From an uncultured delta proteobacterium (lineage in GTDB: Bacteria > Desulfobacterota > Desulfobacteria > Desulfobacterales > SG8-13): a stretch of 64,000 nucleotides of DNA. The position numbers were made by a program, and so were the translations under genes. Positions 34,670-46,602 of the stretch are shown piece after piece; position 1 is the first letter of the stretch, and each line of letters opens with the position of its first letter. The notes under the pieces are model-generated. The model ran no database searches. It had not been told where the DNA came from and saw only the letters and a list, made by a program, of their open reading frames with translations. The stretch is from positions 1,054,001 to 1,118,000 of the forward strand of contig CAWKCK010000003.1 in the NCBI GenBank assembly GCA_963848135.1. The letters are read 5' to 3'.

Positions 34670-37287
34670 ATGACCGATACCTTTCAATTCAGACGAGACA
34701 TCCGATTATTGCGTCACACCACAACTTGCAGAGAAAATTACCGCCTTCGGTGCTTAATTCTAATCGTTTTTATGACGATGATATTTTCTCTTACGCACCC
34801 AACCGCGAGTGCGTTAGCGGAGTCGGACAGCAGCGTACCCGTCGATTCAGTCGACTTCCTCACCGCATCCATGGAAGACGCCATAAAAAATGAACGTGTT
34901 CGTCTTTCCGACCTGAAAGAACGTGTCCGGCGGTTTGAACAACAGCTGGTCGCGATCAAAATGAACGTCTCCGCATACGAAACACAAAATACAGCCCACG
35001 AAAATTTGTTTCTGATCCCACATATCGATAGCAAGGACATTGAAAAGGCATTGCTGAGCAACCGGCTGGCAGTAACAGCTCTAAAAAATAGTCTAAAAGC
35101 CTATCTGGGAAAATGGGATGAAGGGTCGACGCTGGTGCAGCAGGTGAAAGATCGAATTTCTTTGGGTGAAAAGCAACTTGCCGAGATCCAGCAGACAAAC
35201 TTGACGGATACCGACAAACAAAAACTGATCGATCTCAACAAAGAATTTTTATTGATCCTGGTAGGAGAAAAGGAGATTGTCGTCCGATATGCGAATACTT
35301 ACCAGAGTATATTGGGCCAGATGAAAAACACTCTCACCGCGCTAGAACAGATGGGCCAAAGCTTGAAACGCTGCTGCGCGAGTGGGCTCATAAATATATA
35401 TTTACACGCACCGATCTCTTTCGCGACCTTTTCAGCGAGGCTGCACGCGCCGAAATGCGACGTCTTTCCGATCAACTGGCCGATCCTTTCACGCCTTCCG
35501 GCATGAAAGCTTATTGGGAGCGAATAAAATTGAGTGGAGGTCGTCAGTGGACAGTATTCTTCGTGCTTCTGATGCTCACTATAGTGGTACAAGCAAGAGT
35601 GCGGCGGGGCCTGGAACATATCGAACCGCGGTTTGGTGGTTCGCAATGGCGCTATTGCCTTCTGGCGTTTCAACTGTTTGAGGCGCTCTTCGATTCTGGT
35701 CAGCTTGGCCCTCTTTTTCACCCTTTGTTATGCTTTCAACTGGACCCTCTTTAATATCGGACTGGCGTGGTTTCTTGCACGTTTATTTCAGTTGTTGCTG
35801 TTCAGACGATGGGGGTTGGACTATTTTAAACTCGGCCTGCATGGGCCGCCAACACCACTGCAAACCTTTGCTGTGAAAAGTCTTCAGCGTTTCATTCGAA
35901 TAACATGGCCGGCGATCATTTTTATTCATGTGATTACATGGTTTGCGGGACGGGGAAGTCCGCTGGCCACTATAGCGACACTGATTATCAGCGTCTGGAT
36001 CCTGTTGTGGACGGTATTTTTCTGGCGGGCCGTTCCGTCAATCGTTGCCGGCGGGGGTTCGAGACGGTCAGGCCGCACCATCGCCGAAAATACTGAATTT
36101 GCTGCGGGGGTGGAGCTTTCTGGTCAGTGTGGGGGCCTTTCTGCTTGGAATTTCAGGCTATATTATCCTTGTGGACTTTTGGATAATATTATGGATTTAC
36201 ACGGTCATAGCGATTCTTTGGGCTTGGATCAGTTTCCAGGCGATTCAGGAGTATCGACTTTATATACAATCACAGGGGGATGGGAGCGGACACGGCTCAC
36301 CTGTCCGGCAGTAGGCCCCACCTGCGTTGGGCCTTGGTTCAAGTCATAAGGGTGGTCTGGTTTTTCGGTTTTGCAGGGCTGGTTGTTCGGATCTGGGATC
36401 GCACCGGTTATGTCTCATTGCGGCTGGCTGGTCTTTTCGATATGACGTTGCGAATCGGCAACCTGACCATCAGCCTAAAAAGTATTTCACTGGCCGTGTT
36501 TATAATTTTTCTCACTCACATGATCAATCGTATCGGCCGGAGCGTGATCGCTGAAAAAGCTCTCGAGAAGCAAACGCTGGAACGTGGACTGAAGGACTCG
36601 ATCCTAACGATCACCAGTTATTTGATATGGGGGTTGGGGTTGGTACTGGCTTTGGGTACTCTCGGCGTGAATGCCACCTCACTGGCGGTTGTGTTCGGTG
36701 CCATCAGCATCGGCATCGGGTTCGGATTGCAGAACATATTCAACAACTTCATCAGCGGCCTGATCCTGCTTTTCGAACGACCGATTCAGGTCGGCGACAC
36801 GTCGAGGTCAACGGTCTCTGGGCCGAGGTTAAAAAAATCAACGTCCGCGCCACGGTCGTGCAGACGTTTGACAACGCCTCGGTGATCATTCCCAATGCTG
36901 AATTTATCAGCCTGCAAGTGACCAACTGGAGTTTCAAAGATACACGGATACGCCGGAACATCGATGTGGGCGTGGCCTATGGTTCGGATATCGATTTGGT
37001 GAGGAAAACTCTTCTTGAAATTGCCGCCGAGGTCACCCAATGTTCTCAAATATCCCCGGCCGGAAGTTATTTTTATGGATCACGGGGACAGCGCCCTGAT
37101 TTTTCGGCTGCGTATTTGGACCCACGTAGACAATTATTGGGCCGTACCGAGCGAGATCCGGTTTGAACTGGATAAGCGTTTCCGGGAATTGAATATCGAA
37201 ATCGCCTTTCCCCAACGGGATGTGCACATTCGTAGCATTACCAAAACGCAGGCGCCCGATCCAGACTCTATCAATGCTTTGGAATAG
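34670..37287 (+). CDS. Large MscS/MscK-family mechanosensitive channel, several frameshifts
   Basis: Signal peptide plus coiled coil, TM block, GIGFGLQNIFNNFISGLILLFERPI.VGD, IIPN, VGVAYGSD, IAFPQRDVH spread over frames. Confidence 0.85.
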
Positions 37288-37321
37288 AACCGGCTGGTAC
37301 ACATATTGATTGTACTTGGTA

Positions 37322-38206
37322 TCATTTTTTAGCAAGGAGCTGCAAAACATCACTATATTTGTTAAGCAGAGAAGATAGTGGAGGGTCTCCTTTATATGCT
37401 ATCTGAGAGGCAAGGCCATCCTTTGCTGTCAGGCCAGTATACTCTCTAATAAGCCTTATCCCTATTTTCGATACTTCTCTTGTCCAACCAGGGAACTCTA
37501 TGGAACCAACTCTTTTATGTCTCTCTCTTTTTTATCGGTAGTCCAAACAGCGATGATCGATTTTCTATTCGAGTAATATCAATTGAATTTCCGCGAGGAT
37601 TATTTAAAGAATAACCGAAACCACCTAATAATTTATTTAACTCGTAATAGGTAATTACGTAATGCCTCGTGTCGATTGTGTGTGTGTTTTTCTGAAAATA
37701 CTGTGCAAGGAAACGAATCTCGCCGTCTTCAAATTTTGAGTATGGTTTAAAAGCCTTACGATCTCTAATTTCATTTGATGCGACGATTAGTGTTATTATT
37801 TCAAGTTCTTTATGCCGAGCCGTTGGCGCACGGTTGAGTTTGGCCAGGTAATATATTGCCGTTAAAAGTGCTGTTCTTTTGTTACAGCCATTAAAAGGAT
37901 GGTTTTTTATAAGTCCGTAAAAAAGTGTCGCACACTTTTCATAATCAGTTTCCCAATTAGGATATCCTGAATTTCCGTTTATTTGCCTGGCAACTGCGGA
38001 TGATAATAATTCCTTATCTATGGGGCCGATAGCACCGCCCCTTTTTCGCTTTCACCATTTTCTAAAAAATAGTCCACGATAGAAAAATGAGTATTAAGTA
38101 CATCAGTGATGCTAATCACGCAGTCGTTAAATAAAGCGCTTTCTTCTGAAAACGCATCAACCCATCTTTTATGTTCGTCAAATAACGCTTGATTGACAAT
38201 TTCCAT
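37322..38206 (-). CDS. Doc/Fic family protein (~295 aa), frameshifts near 38040 and 37525
   Basis: Manual translation: LLSSAVARQ...EKCATLFYGLIKNHPFNGCNKRTALL...FPGWTREV...LLAKK*. Confidence 0.8.
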
Positions 38207-38257
38207 AATCTTGCGAGCGCCAGGTTCAAATTTGGAGCGATATTTTTTCTTGCCTCA

Positions 38258-38650
38258 TCACTGCGAAACGGACTTTTTTATTGTAGCGATCAGCTTTTCA
38301 ATATCACATGGTTTTGCCAGATAGTCGAATGCCCCGTATTTCATTCCTTCCCTTGCCATCTGCTCCGACTCATGGCCGGAGAATATGATGACTTCCATTT
38401 TCGAGTACATTTTCTTAAATATTTTTAGCACTTCCAAGCCGTCCATATCCTCCATTTTCAGATCTAAAACAGCCACATCAAAATCTACTCGGCGAAGCGC
38501 CTGGATGGCTTCTGCTCCGCTGAAAGTTGTTGTGACGTCAATGTTTCGTCTTTCCAATCTTTTAGAAAGTACCTTGACGAAGCTTTTTTCATCATCTACG
38601 AGAAGAAGTTTAATCTTTCTATTTTGAATGATATTGCTTTCGTGCTTCAT
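38258..38650 (-). CDS. Single-domain response regulator
   Basis: LLVDDE, VLDLKM, FSGH, AKP. Confidence 0.9.
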   Translation of the reverse strand: MKHESNIIQNRKIKLLLVDDEKSFVKVLSKRLERRNIDVTTTFSGAEAIQALRRVDFDVAVLDLKMEDMDGLEVLKIFKKMYSKMEVIIFSGHESEQMAREGMKYGAFDYLAKPCDIEKLIATIKKSVSQ

Positions 38651-38687
38651 CACCCCCAAATCTGTCGGTGCTGATGTCGGCAGGTCC

Positions 38688-40392
38688 TCACCGTTTGAGT
38701 TCGTGAGGATTTTTCAATGGAAACCGGATTTCAAAACGGGTCCCCTCGCTGACGATGCTGTGTACATCGATTTCACCGCCCATTTTGTTTATAATTCCGA
38801 AACAAATGGACAAACCCAGTCCGCTTCCCTTTCCCACCGGCTTGGTGGTGAAGAATGGATCGAATATTCTATCGAGGTTGGCTTCAGGAATGCCGGGACC
38901 GTCATCTTCCACAATGACCAAAACGTGATGGGTTTCCTGTCGGCTGGTGATATCGATTTTGCCACCATCATTTTCCAAGGCATAGAGCGCATTATTGATG
39001 AGATTTAGAAGCACTTGTTGGATCTCTGTCTGAGATCCATATATGGGAAGTAAATTTTTATCCAGATGTGTATTCATGGCGACTCTGGTATAAGCTGCCA
39101 TATCAGTAATCTCAACGACCTCTTCAATGAGTTCGTTTATCTGGACCTGCTCTATACTCGGTTTTGTTTTTCGGGCAAAACTCAATAGTTTATGCGTAAT
39201 ATCCTTACAGCGTTGTCCCTGTGTGTTAACTTGTTTCAACGCCCGCTTGAATTCTTCAAGATTTTTGCCTTGTTTAAATTCCTCTTCCTCCAGCAAATCC
39301 TCTATCCAACCCGCTTCCTGGACCATAATGGCAACAGGGTTGTTTATCTCATGCGCGATCCCGGCCGCCAATTCGCCCACGGATGCAAGTTTTCCAGTTT
39401 CGATGATCTGCCGATTCATCATTTCCTTTTCACTTTCCGCCTCTGCAAATCGGTTGATCACTTTTTGGAAAAACATGAGTATCATGACGGCAATGAGCAG
39501 CGCGCCGAAAGCAATCATCACCGCGGTAACTATCTGAGTGCGTATCAAGTCCGCAAAAGCTTCCGACTTTTCCTGGTGGTACACCAGCATCCAATCCTCG
39601 TTTTTAAGAAGGGCCGCCACATATATTAGGTTCCCCTGCTCGGAGGGACCTGTAAACTCGCCAGCGTATATCTTGTGATTTTTTTTCTTTGGCCGCTTTT
39701 ATAAAATCCGAATAAGATGTTTTTCTGGGCAGCAAATCGTAATGAGGTTTTGTCTGAAATTCACCCTCCTTGTTTAGAATAAAGGCAGAGCCGGTTTTGC
39801 CAATTCGCAGGTTTTCCGCAAGAGAGTTAAAGGCTTCAAAATTGATCGTTGCCCTCAGCAGATAAGGTCTGCCCTGGTGAAAGCGTTTCACGGACACGAT
39901 GAAATGGGGGCTGGACCGAAGACCAAGAAAAACATCGCTGATATAATTCTGGCTTTCGATCGCTTCAGGGAACCATTGCGCATGCGAATACTGTGCTTTT
40001 TCCAGTTTAAACCGGCCAGCATAGAACTCCTGAACTCCGTCTTCAGTAATGATTCCAAGGTCTTCAAATACATCGCCGTATGTTTTTTGAAGCAGGGACA
40101 ACTTATTCTGCAGGACCGATTCATCAAGGAGGTTTGCGAAACCGCAGGAATCGGAGAGGAACTGAATGTTATTTAGCCTTTCATTCAGGAAACTATCGAT
40201 GTCTTGCGCATGCTTATTCACCATCTCTTCCAGATGCGCATAAACTTTCTCATTGTATGAGATGCCGAATTGATCCAGAATGATGCCGCTAGCCAAAAGC
40301 ATTGGTGTAAATGATACCAGACCGACAACCAACACGATGTTTATGACGAACGATCTGTCATACTGTTTTATTTTGGGTTTATCTTTAACCAT
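38688..40392 (-). CDS. Cache-domain sensor histidine kinase (NtrB-like); frameshift ~39620-39690
   Basis: TM-Cache-TM; GELAAGIAHEINNP, NLINNA, DDGPG, FDPFFTTK, GSGLGL. Confidence 0.88.
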
Positions 40393-40544
40393 GATAAAGT
40401 TTCAATATTATGATAAATTACTGATAATATGTTAAATTAAAAAAGACCGGTATTCTCTTTTTATTATAATGATTTTTATGCTGTATGCGCTCCCGGTGGA
40501 ACCAAAGATACTGCAGTTTACAAAACAGAATTTATTAGAAATGC

Positions 40545-40979
40545 CTACGGTTCGTATTTTTGCAAGAGTTCCTTGCGCTCGGCTTCCTTTATCTTTTCTT
40601 CATGCTCCCTTTTCTTCTTGGTCGCATCTTCCACTTTGCTGACAAGCTCTTCAATTTCACACGGTTTCATTAGAAAATCATAAGCCCCCAGTTTCATTCC
40701 CCTAATGCCCGATTCGACCGTGGCGTGTCCGGTCAGCATAATGACCTCTATCAAGGGAGAGACCGTTTTAATTTCCTTCAACGTCTCTAGCCCGTCTTTG
40801 CCGGGCATCTTGACATCCAGGACGATAACATCAAGGTTTTGATTCGTTTTTAGTTTTTCCAGGCCTTCCTCTCCACTGAAGGCCGTAATTGTCTCAATAT
40901 TTCTCTTTGCCAGTCGCTTTGCCATGGTTTCCACAAATGGAGCTTCATCGTCAACCAACATTATAAAAGGCGCTGTCAT
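40545..40979 (-). CDS. Single-domain response regulator (paralog 1)
   Basis: MTAPFIMLVDDE, LDVKMP, TGH, MKP; SD GGAGG. Confidence 0.9.
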   Translation of the reverse strand: MTAPFIMLVDDEAPFVETMAKRLAKRNIETITAFSGEEGLEKLKTNQNLDVIVLDVKMPGKDGLETLKEIKTVSPLIEVIMLTGHATVESGIRGMKLGAYDFLMKPCEIEELVSKVEDATKKKREHEEKIKEAERKELLQKYEP

Positions 40980-41067
40980 GGCTTTGCCTCCTTGTTGCCG
41001 TTTTTCTATGTTTGTTTTCATAAAGTTGCGAGTTGTTGTAAAGACAACACAGACTGAAATGCAACGT

Positions 41068-41514
41068 TTATGTATAATAGAACGGTCCATACTTTGCCAG
41101 AGTTTCCTGTTTCTTGGCCTCCTCTATCTTTTCTTCATGTTCCCTTTTCTTCTTGGTCGCCGCCGTCACTTTGCTGACAAGCTCTTCGATATCACACGGT
41201 TTCATTAGAAAATCATAAGCTCCCAGCTTCATTCCATCGATTGCCAATTCTATCGTGGCATGTCCGGTCAGCATAATGACTTCTATCAGAGGCGATGCCG
41301 TTTTAATTTCCCTCAGTGCCTCAAGTCCGTCCATGCCCGGCATCTTGACATCCAAGATAATGACATCAAGGGTTGGGTTCGCTTTTAGTTTTTCCAGGCC
41401 TTCCTCCCCACTGAAAGCCGTGGTGGTCTCAATATTTCTTTTCGTCAACCGCTTTACCATGGTTTCCACAAACGGGACTTCATCGTCCACCAGCATAATG
41501 AATGGCGCAGTCAT
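41068..41514 (-). CDS. Single-domain response regulator (paralog 2)
   Basis: Near-identical to 40545-40979; SD GGAGG. Confidence 0.9.
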   Translation of the reverse strand: MTAPFIMLVDDEVPFVETMVKRLTKRNIETTTAFSGEEGLEKLKANPTLDVIILDVKMPGMDGLEALREIKTASPLIEVIMLTGHATIELAIDGMKLGAYDFLMKPCDIEELVSKVTAATKKKREHEEKIEEAKKQETLAKYGPFYYT

Positions 41515-41545
41515 GGCTATTCCTCCTTGCTGCATGCGATAAAAT

Positions 41546-41702
41546 GAGTATTCACAGGGCACCGCATCTGCTATGTTGTCGAGCACTTGAAGTACAAAAG
41601 TACGTCTGCGCGCCCGACGCCTTGCATCTGCGGCACCCTGTAAACACTTACTATTCTGTGGTCTTTAAGCACATTCGATGTTGCAACCCTGTGAACCGAT
41701 AC
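41546..41702. mobile_element. MITE-like element, family 2, copy A
   Basis: Flanked by GATAAAAT direct repeats; inverted homolog at 50324-50481; TTCACAGGG terminal motif. Confidence 0.8.
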
Positions 41703-41721
41703 GATAAAATTTCTGCAAAAT

Positions 41722-43485
41722 TTAAGTAATCGCCTTTTTGATCACCGCCTGATCGTACGCTTCCAGGATATCCCTGCGCGTTAGTATGCCTAGCATTTTT
41801 AATGGATCATCCGGAGATACTACTGGGAGGATAGAAAAATCCTCTGAAGTAATTTTTTTCAGGGCCGTGTCGAGATTATCTTCAATTGTCACAGTCACCA
41901 CATCCCGCGTCATGATATCCTTTACCAGCATACGACCATTTAACTTTTCATTGAATAATTTGTCATAATAATCCAGAAATGTCAGCACACCAGAAATATT
42001 TTCTTTATCGTTCACAACCACGAAATTGTTGGATCTGCTTTTGGGCAGTTTTTCGGCAAAATCTTTCAGGTTCATGGTCTCCGGAACGATCTCTACTGTG
42101 TGATACATCACATTCTTTACGGGAATTGAACTTAATACATTGACCTCGGCGCCACCCCTGATGTTTATCCCCCTTCTAATCAACTTAAAGGTATAGATCG
42201 ATTCACCACACAACCGTCTTGCAACCAGGCAACTGATAATGCATGTAATCATCAGGGGAAGGATTATTTTGTAGTTACCGGTCATTTCATAAATAATCAT
42301 TATCGCTTGTAAAGGGCCATGGGTGGTGGCGGCCACGACCGCCCCCATGCCAACAACAGCATAAGCGCCGGGGGAGGCCGCCACTGAAGGAAAGAAATGA
42401 TGAACAACCGCCCCAAAAGCCCCTCCCGCCATGGCGCCCATAAAAAGTGACGGCGCAAAAATCCCGCCTGAACCTCCTGATCCGATCGTAATGGAGGTGG
42501 CAAGGATTTTAAACAGAACCAGAAGCGCCATGAACCACCAGGATAGCTTTATCATGAGCGCCAGATCAATAGCGCCATAACCGACACCTAAAATCTGAGG
42601 GAAAACAAGCCCCATAGTTCCAATAAGCACTCCTCCGACAACAGCCTTGAGATATTCCGGAAATTTTACCGCATCCCAAGCATCTTCGGCACGATAGAGA
42701 AATAACGTAAAACCTACAGCGACAAGGGCACATAATATGCCCAAAAGAGCATACAAAGGAAATTCTAAGGGGCTGTGCAGAATATATTCAGGCAAAATAA
42801 AGGCAGGGACGTCCCCAAGGTAATGGCGTGAAATCGCCGTGGCCGAGACGGCAGAGATAATGATAGGGCTGAAACTGGCGATTTCAAATTCGCCGAGAAT
42901 GATTTCGAGGGCAAAAATGGAACCGGCAATCGGGGCATTGAAAGTGGCTGCAATTCCGGCAGCAGCGCCGCAACCGACCATGGTTCTCATTCGATTGGCT
43001 GAAACGTTGAATAATTGACCCAGTGTCGATCCGACAGCAGAGCCTATTTGAACGATAGGTCCCTCTCTTCCAACAGAACCCCCGGTTCCGATACAAACAG
43101 CAGATACCAGTGCTTTGATAAAAACGATCCGCTTTCTTATGATGCCCTGTTTAAGAGCTACAGCATACATAACTTCCGGAACGCCATGTCCCTTGGCTTC
43201 TCTTGCAAAAAAATAAACGGTAGGGCCGACAATCAGTCCGCCGATGGCAGGAATGGCGATCTTCAAATACCAGGGGATCGACCGAACCACATCAAGGAGT
43301 TCATCCGATGATCCATAAGCAACGGACTGTATAAAGTTTATAAGGTAGCGGAACCCCACGGCTCCATAACCACCAGCCACCCCTACCATAATACCGAACA
43401 TGACCATAAGTGTGTGTTCATCTGAGAGCAGATCTCTGATGGTTGAACGAACGGCTGAACGTTTTGAAGCAACCTGGGCATCCAT
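41722..43485 (-). CDS. ClC chloride channel/transporter with CBS pair
   Basis: GHGVPE, GREGP, ATFNAP, GIFAP; C-terminal CBS domains. Confidence 0.92.
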   Translation of the reverse strand: MDAQVASKRSAVRSTIRDLLSDEHTLMVMFGIMVGVAGGYGAVGFRYLINFIQSVAYGSSDELLDVVRSIPWYLKIAIPAIGGLIVGPTVYFFAREAKGHGVPEVMYAVALKQGIIRKRIVFIKALVSAVCIGTGGSVGREGPIVQIGSAVGSTLGQLFNVSANRMRTMVGCGAAAGIAATFNAPIAGSIFALEIILGEFEIASFSPIIISAVSATAISRHYLGDVPAFILPEYILHSPLEFPLYALLGILCALVAVGFTLFLYRAEDAWDAVKFPEYLKAVVGGVLIGTMGLVFPQILGVGYGAIDLALMIKLSWWFMALLVLFKILATSITIGSGGSGGIFAPSLFMGAMAGGAFGAVVHHFFPSVAASPGAYAVVGMGAVVAATTHGPLQAIMIIYEMTGNYKIILPLMITCIISCLVARRLCGESIYTFKLIRRGINIRGGAEVNVLSSIPVKNVMYHTVEIVPETMNLKDFAEKLPKSRSNNFVVVNDKENISGVLTFLDYYDKLFNEKLNGRMLVKDIMTRDVVTVTIEDNLDTALKKITSEDFSILPVVSPDDPLKMLGILTRRDILEAYDQAVIKKAIT

Positions 43486-43643
43486 GTTTTAGGCTTTACC
43501 TCCTGGGCCGAAAGGGCCTGAAAAGTTAGTCGTGAAAAACGGTACTGACCAGGGCGATCTCATGGTTCATTAATGCTCATATTTTCAGTCGATTTTGCGG
43601 ACGCCTGTTCCACCTTTGCTCTGGCGGGTTGCGGTGCGGTCAC

Positions 43644-44630
43644 CTATCCATCTCTGCCTGCAGCAAGCTGCATGGTGCTCAGGCGCAGGCGAATAAACTC
43701 GAAAACATCTGTCAGGCGTACGATCCCCACGATATCAGAACCTTTCGTTACCAGCAGGGAATGATGTTTGCCGACGATCAGGCGGTGGATGGTCTCATTC
43801 ATTGTTGCCGACACTTCGATGTATTCGCCCTCGGTGGGTTTATACATGAACGATTTAACTTTTTGTTCGTACGCTTTTTTATATAGGTTCTCCAACGGCC
43901 TATCCCAAAAATCGTATTGCTGCGAGACGGACTCTATGAATCTTTTGCTGAACCCGAAATGGTCAAGGGCACCCTTTTTGCGGCCTTTTGGTTCTTTATA
44001 CTTGGGCTCCAGCGCCTGAATGATGTCATGCTGACTGAGCTTGCCAACCACGCGGTTTTCTTTATCAAGCACCAGCACTGCTCTGTGGCGGTATCGTTTC
44101 GGGTCAAACGACTCCTGGGCTTCACTCAAAGCGTTTATCGCTTCAAGGACGTTGGCGTCTTCGGAAACCGTCGCATATTCTGCAAGTGGAACCATTATGT
44201 TTTCTAAGGTAGCGCTTTCCATATAGCGTTGCCAATCATGCATCTTTTCTTCATGCGCCCGTTTCTTTTTGGTCGCCTCCTCCACCTTGCTGACAAGCTC
44301 ATCAATATCACAGGGTTTGGTTAGAAATTCATACGCTCCCAGTTTCATGCCATTAATTGCAGATTCGACCGTAGCATGCCCCGTTAGCATTATGACCTCT
44401 ATCAGGGGGGAAGCCTTTTTAATTTCAATCAGCGTTTCAAGGCCGTCCTTGTCTGGCATCTTAACGTCCAGAACTATGACATCGAGATTTTGATTGGTTT
44501 TGAGTTTTTCCAGGCCTTCTTCACCGCTGAAGGCCTCAATGGTCTCAATATTTCTTTTTGCCAACCGCTTGGCCATGGTTTTCACAAAAGAAACTTCATC
44601 GTCCACCAGCATAATGAATGGCGCTGTCAT
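43644..44630 (-). CDS. Receiver-CBS fusion protein (paralog 3)
   Basis: Same MTAPFIMLVDDE receiver, followed by a CBS pair similar to 46603-47157. Confidence 0.88.
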   Translation of the reverse strand: MTAPFIMLVDDEVSFVKTMAKRLAKRNIETIEAFSGEEGLEKLKTNQNLDVIVLDVKMPDKDGLETLIEIKKASPLIEVIMLTGHATVESAINGMKLGAYEFLTKPCDIDELVSKVEEATKKKRAHEEKMHDWQRYMESATLENIMVPLAEYATVSEDANVLEAINALSEAQESFDPKRYRHRAVLVLDKENRVVGKLSQHDIIQALEPKYKEPKGRKKGALDHFGFSKRFIESVSQQYDFWDRPLENLYKKAYEQKVKSFMYKPTEGEYIEVSATMNETIHRLIVGKHHSLLVTKGSDIVGIVRLTDVFEFIRLRLSTMQLAAGRDG

Positions 44631-44928
44631 AATTATTTCTCCTTATTGCCGTTACCCTTTGCTATGTAATTGTGTTAGGAACGGTATTTCTGTAATAGAA
44701 GCGGGCACAAAGTACCGTTCGTGCTTCAAGTTGTCGTAAAAATCTATGATATGCAAAAGAGAATCAATAAGTAAAAATCATGAAACCCATATCGACGAGA
44801 AGACCTTGATTCGAACATCCCGAGTATCCCCATTAAAGACCGGTTGTCCGGAAGGGTTGATCCGGGCTGCGGGCGCCTCCGGAAGCATTCGATTGCCAAC
44901 GGTCTCTTTTGTTCAGCCATTTACGGGC

Positions 44929-46527
44929 CTATTGGGCAGCACTTTGAAGTACTTGCGTCGCCTGCTCGAGAATCCCCTCCGGAAAACCGACGATGGGATA
45001 GACAACAAGAAATCCAACCGTCCAGAGCAACAGCATGGACAGTATAAAAAATCCAAAACCGTATTTCACAAAATCGATCGCTTCAAGGGCCCTCTTGTTT
45101 GTATCCGGGTAAACCCCGAGTGCAAATGTCAGTGCATTGGCAGGTGAACCCACGATAAGGAAATGGGCATACGAGGATGCCAAGGCCACGGCCATGCCGA
45201 TGGCCCAAGGCTCACCGGCAACTTGGGTCATAATTCCCATGGGAACGACAATCGGTCCGATAAGTGCCACAGTCGCAGCATCAGACATAAAATTGGTGAC
45301 CAGACCGGAGAAAGCCGACATGCCGACCCATAGCCCGTAACCCTGATCCATCCCTATTTTTGACAGCCCGTTCAGAAAGGTTGTCGCCAGCCACAGGGCC
45401 CCGCCGCTTTCCTTAAGCAGGGCGCCCAGGGTCAAAGCCCCGCAGTACATGAACCAAGCGTTAAAGGATATGCGTTCCAATATCTGTTCGAATTTCACGG
45501 TTTTGAACAAAATCGGCAAGACCAGGGCCAGAAGCGCTGGACCTCCCAGTCCCGTGGCTTCTCCGCCAAATATCCACAGACCCACAATCAGAAAAAGTGT
45601 GCCGGCGGTGACATACTCGGCATACTTCATCTTCCCCATTCTGCGCGTTTCCTCTTTGATATATTCTAGCCCGGGGGTAAGGTCCCGGGTCTTTATCTTT
45701 CTGCTGAACAATGTGGCCATGTATAGCAATAACATGCCGCTGCCGAGCGGCACCAGGGGCCATCCGTATTTCATCCAGCCGGAATAAGTGATCGGAATGC
45801 CGTATTCGGTAAAAAAACCCATCATGATCACATTGCGTCCACCGGCCGAAGGTGTCCCGGGCCCTCCCATATTCAGGGCGAAGCAAAGGGAAAAAAGCAG
45901 GTATTTGGCCAAGGCCGGATCATGAATGACTTTTCCCTCTGGGCTGGTGGCCTTCACCGACCCGTAATAGACTGCCATCATCACAGGCACCATGAAAGAA
46001 CACATGGCCGGAGCCGACATAAATGAACCCACAATAGACATGCTGAAGCACAGCACGATCATGGGCAGCCAGAACCCCTTGGTCCATCCCAGCAACCAGA
46101 CGGCCAGGCGCTTATGGAAACCGACCTCTACCACCGTCGCTCCCAGGGCAAACACCCCTAGCATGAACAACGGTGCGTCCCCCGCAAAGGTCTTTCCAAT
46201 CATGTTGAAGGGGAGTAATCCGAAAAAATAAGCCATCGTAGGCATCAGGATGCCCGTCACCCCGATCGGAAGAGCCTCGATGGCAAAAAAGATGACCGCC
46301 ATGGGAACAATCCCCAGGACGATCATCGTTTTTTTGGAGGCTTCTTCAACGTTATGGGCGATCTCCCAGTCGATCATCTTTTGGACATAGCCGTATTCTT
46401 CCATCACCTCGATCAGCGACTGGGGCGTTGGTACGATAAAGCCAATCAGAATAAAAACACCAACGCCAATACCGAGCCACAGTCCTTTTTTGGCGAAAAT
46501 TCCGGATTTTTCCCCGTGTGTATCCAT
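44929..46527 (-). CDS. SLC13/DASS anion permease
   Basis: EALPIGVT, GGPGTPSAGGRN, TNFMSDAAT, GSPANA. Confidence 0.88.
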   Translation of the reverse strand: MDTHGEKSGIFAKKGLWLGIGVGVFILIGFIVPTPQSLIEVMEEYGYVQKMIDWEIAHNVEEASKKTMIVLGIVPMAVIFFAIEALPIGVTGILMPTMAYFFGLLPFNMIGKTFAGDAPLFMLGVFALGATVVEVGFHKRLAVWLLGWTKGFWLPMIVLCFSMSIVGSFMSAPAMCSFMVPVMMAVYYGSVKATSPEGKVIHDPALAKYLLFSLCFALNMGGPGTPSAGGRNVIMMGFFTEYGIPITYSGWMKYGWPLVPLGSGMLLLYMATLFSRKIKTRDLTPGLEYIKEETRRMGKMKYAEYVTAGTLFLIVGLWIFGGEATGLGGPALLALVLPILFKTVKFEQILERISFNAWFMYCGALTLGALLKESGGALWLATTFLNGLSKIGMDQGYGLWVGMSAFSGLVTNFMSDAATVALIGPIVVPMGIMTQVAGEPWAIGMAVALASSYAHFLIVGSPANALTFALGVYPDTNKRALEAIDFVKYGFGFFILSMLLLWTVGFLVVYPIVGFPEGILEQATQVLQSAAQ

Positions 46528-46602
46528 CAAAAATGCCTCCTTATGTATCCCGCTGAAATACTCTTTAAGTGTGTCTCGCCTGGTTTCGGAAACGATCTTG
46601 AT

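Noticed and set aside
34670..37287. Programmed frameshifting or true pseudogenisation
   Set aside because: Indels are scattered across many unrelated genes that otherwise lack nonsense decay; sequencing error is more likely.
43486..43643. Fluoride riboswitch or CLC-F exporter
   Set aside because: No crcB motif; the protein has GHGVP/GREGP rather than GNNLI/GREGT.
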